NCBI GenBank assembly: GCA_963751275.1
Contig: CAVVTZ010000001.1
Coordinates: 1-50,442 of the forward strand
From: an uncultured Gemmatimonadaceae bacterium
GTDB lineage: Bacteria > Gemmatimonadota > Gemmatimonadetes > Gemmatimonadales > Gemmatimonadaceae
Length of the DNA: 50,442 bases
Direction of reading: 5' to 3'
The position numbers and the translations under genes are program-made. Below are positions 48,929 to 50,442 of this stretch, piece by piece (the stretch's first letter is position 1; each line of letters opens with the position of its first letter). The notes under the pieces are model-generated. The model was not told the origin of the DNA and made no database searches. It saw nothing but the letters and a program-made list of their open reading frames with translations.

Positions 48929-49078
48929 AGTGGAGAATTCATGCTGGACCAACGAAATGCGACGTTGGACATTAGCGCTCGTGGATCCTGGGAGCTAAGA
49001 CTGGACCCCCACTCTCATTCCCCAGCATCCACGCGGCCCAACGTCCAACGTCGCCGTTCGTTGGTCCAGCAGGAAGCC
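48929..49078. repeat. Family F palindromic element
   Basis: ttcatgctggaccaacgaaatgcgacgttggac ... gtccaacgtcgccgttcgttggtccagcaggaa. Confidence 0.85.
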
Positions 49079-49079
49079 A

Positions 49080-50442
49080 CTACTCCGTAGTCGTCAGTTG
49101 TTGCAATTCCTCTCCTCGATGATGCCGAGCATTCGCCATCGACGCCGGTTCCTCTCCTACGTCCAGGAATTGCACGGCCGGCGGCATCGTCGGCGCCATG
49201 GTGATCCCCACCCATATCGCCCCGTGCTCGCACGGCATGATCCACTGCCCACGCAGCGCGTTCTCTACTATGTACCACTCCCTCGCGGCCGAGCACGCGC
49301 CCACTTTCGCGTGCAGTGAATCTAGCTGCGCGATCCGGTGCGCCTTCGAGTGATCGAGGTACAGATTCATCGACGCGATCGAATCCGCCAGCGCGTCACT
49401 CCACTTGATCACGAGGCGACGTCACCTGGTCGCGCGCCTTCACCAAAGCCGGCGCCGGCTGCGGCATCCGCCGCTCGAGTCCACCCGTGCGCGCCAGCAT
49501 CGCGACACCGGTCGCTCGCTCGCTGTAGTCGGTGTACGTCCGATTCCCGAACGCGAACAGCCCCACCTCGTACTCGGGCAGCCAGATCATGAGCGATCCA
49601 AATCCCGGCAGTCCTCCCGCGTGCGCGACTTTATGCGCGAAGCGGCAATCCGCCATGCATCCGCAGCCCGAATCCGTACCCCGCCGCGAAGCGCGTCACA
49701 TTCTTCGTGACCGTGTCGACGTCACGAGCGGCGTGCGCGTGCGATGCATCTGCTGCATCTCTCTTAAGCTTGCCCGACGCACCGGCCCCGTCTCGGGCCC
49801 ATCGCGTGGCGGCCAGGCCGCGAGCATGTCGCGATCCACACTCCCATGTCGTGCGGGCTCACGAGCATCCCGCCCATCGGTCCGCCCGCGCCATTCGGCA
49901 GGTGCCGCTCGAGCTTCCACGTGGCGTCCTCCCACCGGTACCCGAGCGCGAGCTTGTCCTTCGGCACCGTGCCCACTTCCAACGTGCTCGACGTCATGCC
50001 GAGCGGCGTGAGCAGCCGAGTCTGCACGAATTTCGTGTGGCAGTACCTGGGTTTTCGACACGACGCGCCCCAGGATCATGAACGCGCTAGTCGAATATTC
50101 GTACGCCGTGTTCGGCGCGTGCGAAAGGGGATCCCCTGCGATCCTGCGACTCAGCGTGCTGTCGGCGATCGAGAGCTGTGTCGCCCACGGATTGTCCTCG
50201 GGCCACCCCGTGTCGTGCGACAGCAGCATGCGGATCGTGAGCACCGGCGAATCCGTCGTCGGACGCAGCCCCTTGAGCTCCGGCACCCACCGCTCGGCGG
50301 CGTCGTCGAGCGACAGCTTCCCTTCGTCGCGCAGCATGAGGATCGACGCGGCCGTGAAACTCTTCGTCATCGACGCGATGCGGAATACTGAGCGTGTCCA
50401 CGGGCGCGTGCGACTGATGTCGCGCACGCCGGCGGCGGACAC
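49080..50442 (-). CDS. Serine hydrolase (beta-lactamase/class C-like family), 5' end outside the window, frameshifted
   Basis: FRIASMTKSF (SxxK), LSLDD, LTIRMLLSH, YEYS, LGM, HAGGLPGF. Confidence 0.88.

Noticed and set aside
8764..49078. Classical integron with attC sites
   Set aside because: No IntI integrase, genes are in mixed orientations, several unrelated repeat families are involved, and no consistent RYYYAAC/GTTRRRY ends were seen.
6179..50442. Mass pseudogenisation or programmed frameshifting (about 20 genes with frame breaks)
   Set aside because: The breaks are small indels scattered across unrelated genes, with intact catalytic motifs and no obvious in-frame nonsense decay. This is typical of long-read consensus error, so the genes are called as CDS; read polishing would settle it.
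49080..50442. Antibiotic-resistance beta-lactamase
   Set aside because: SxxK serine hydrolases of this type are mostly esterases or peptidases; nothing in the sequence indicates true beta-lactamase activity.

Overview
High-GC bacterial chromosomal segment. Gene content and style suggest Gemmatimonadota (inference, not verified). Many genes are split by single-base indels, most likely long-read assembly errors. Contents in order: divergent ybbA-like/tesA pair, a large secreted Gly/Tyr-rich protein, efp with a non-canonical PGNL loop, 8 tRNA genes (His, Trp, Glu x2, Asp, Leu, Thr, Gly), a KimA-like APC transporter, an ATP-grasp gene with an acetate-CoA ligase, a USP/MgtC-DUF4010/P1B-ATPase block, a winged-helix regulator-uppS-DUF4153 operon with a candidate operator, an M28 peptidase, a DUF2946-leader/TonB receptor/CopC copper locus, a His-kinase/receiver/Ser-Thr kinase relay, a collagen-like lipoprotein, a metallothionein preceded by a candidate sRNA, OsmC/methyltransferase, arylsulfatase, tandem beta-propeller lipoproteins, a PDZ aspartyl protease, a BNR-propeller/MoaD pair, DUF1259, HdeD, rhomboid, a Zn-finger protein and a serine hydrolase. 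The most striking unexplained structure is non-coding. Most intergenic gaps hold palindromic elements built from short tandem units (7, 9, about 13 and 21 bp) that fall into several recurring families. Several single accessory genes are bracketed by two copies of the same family. One family shows compensatory base changes, one copy forms a 510-bp palindrome with symmetric 3x amplification, and one family is nested in another. No transposase, integrase or cas gene was seen in the window.
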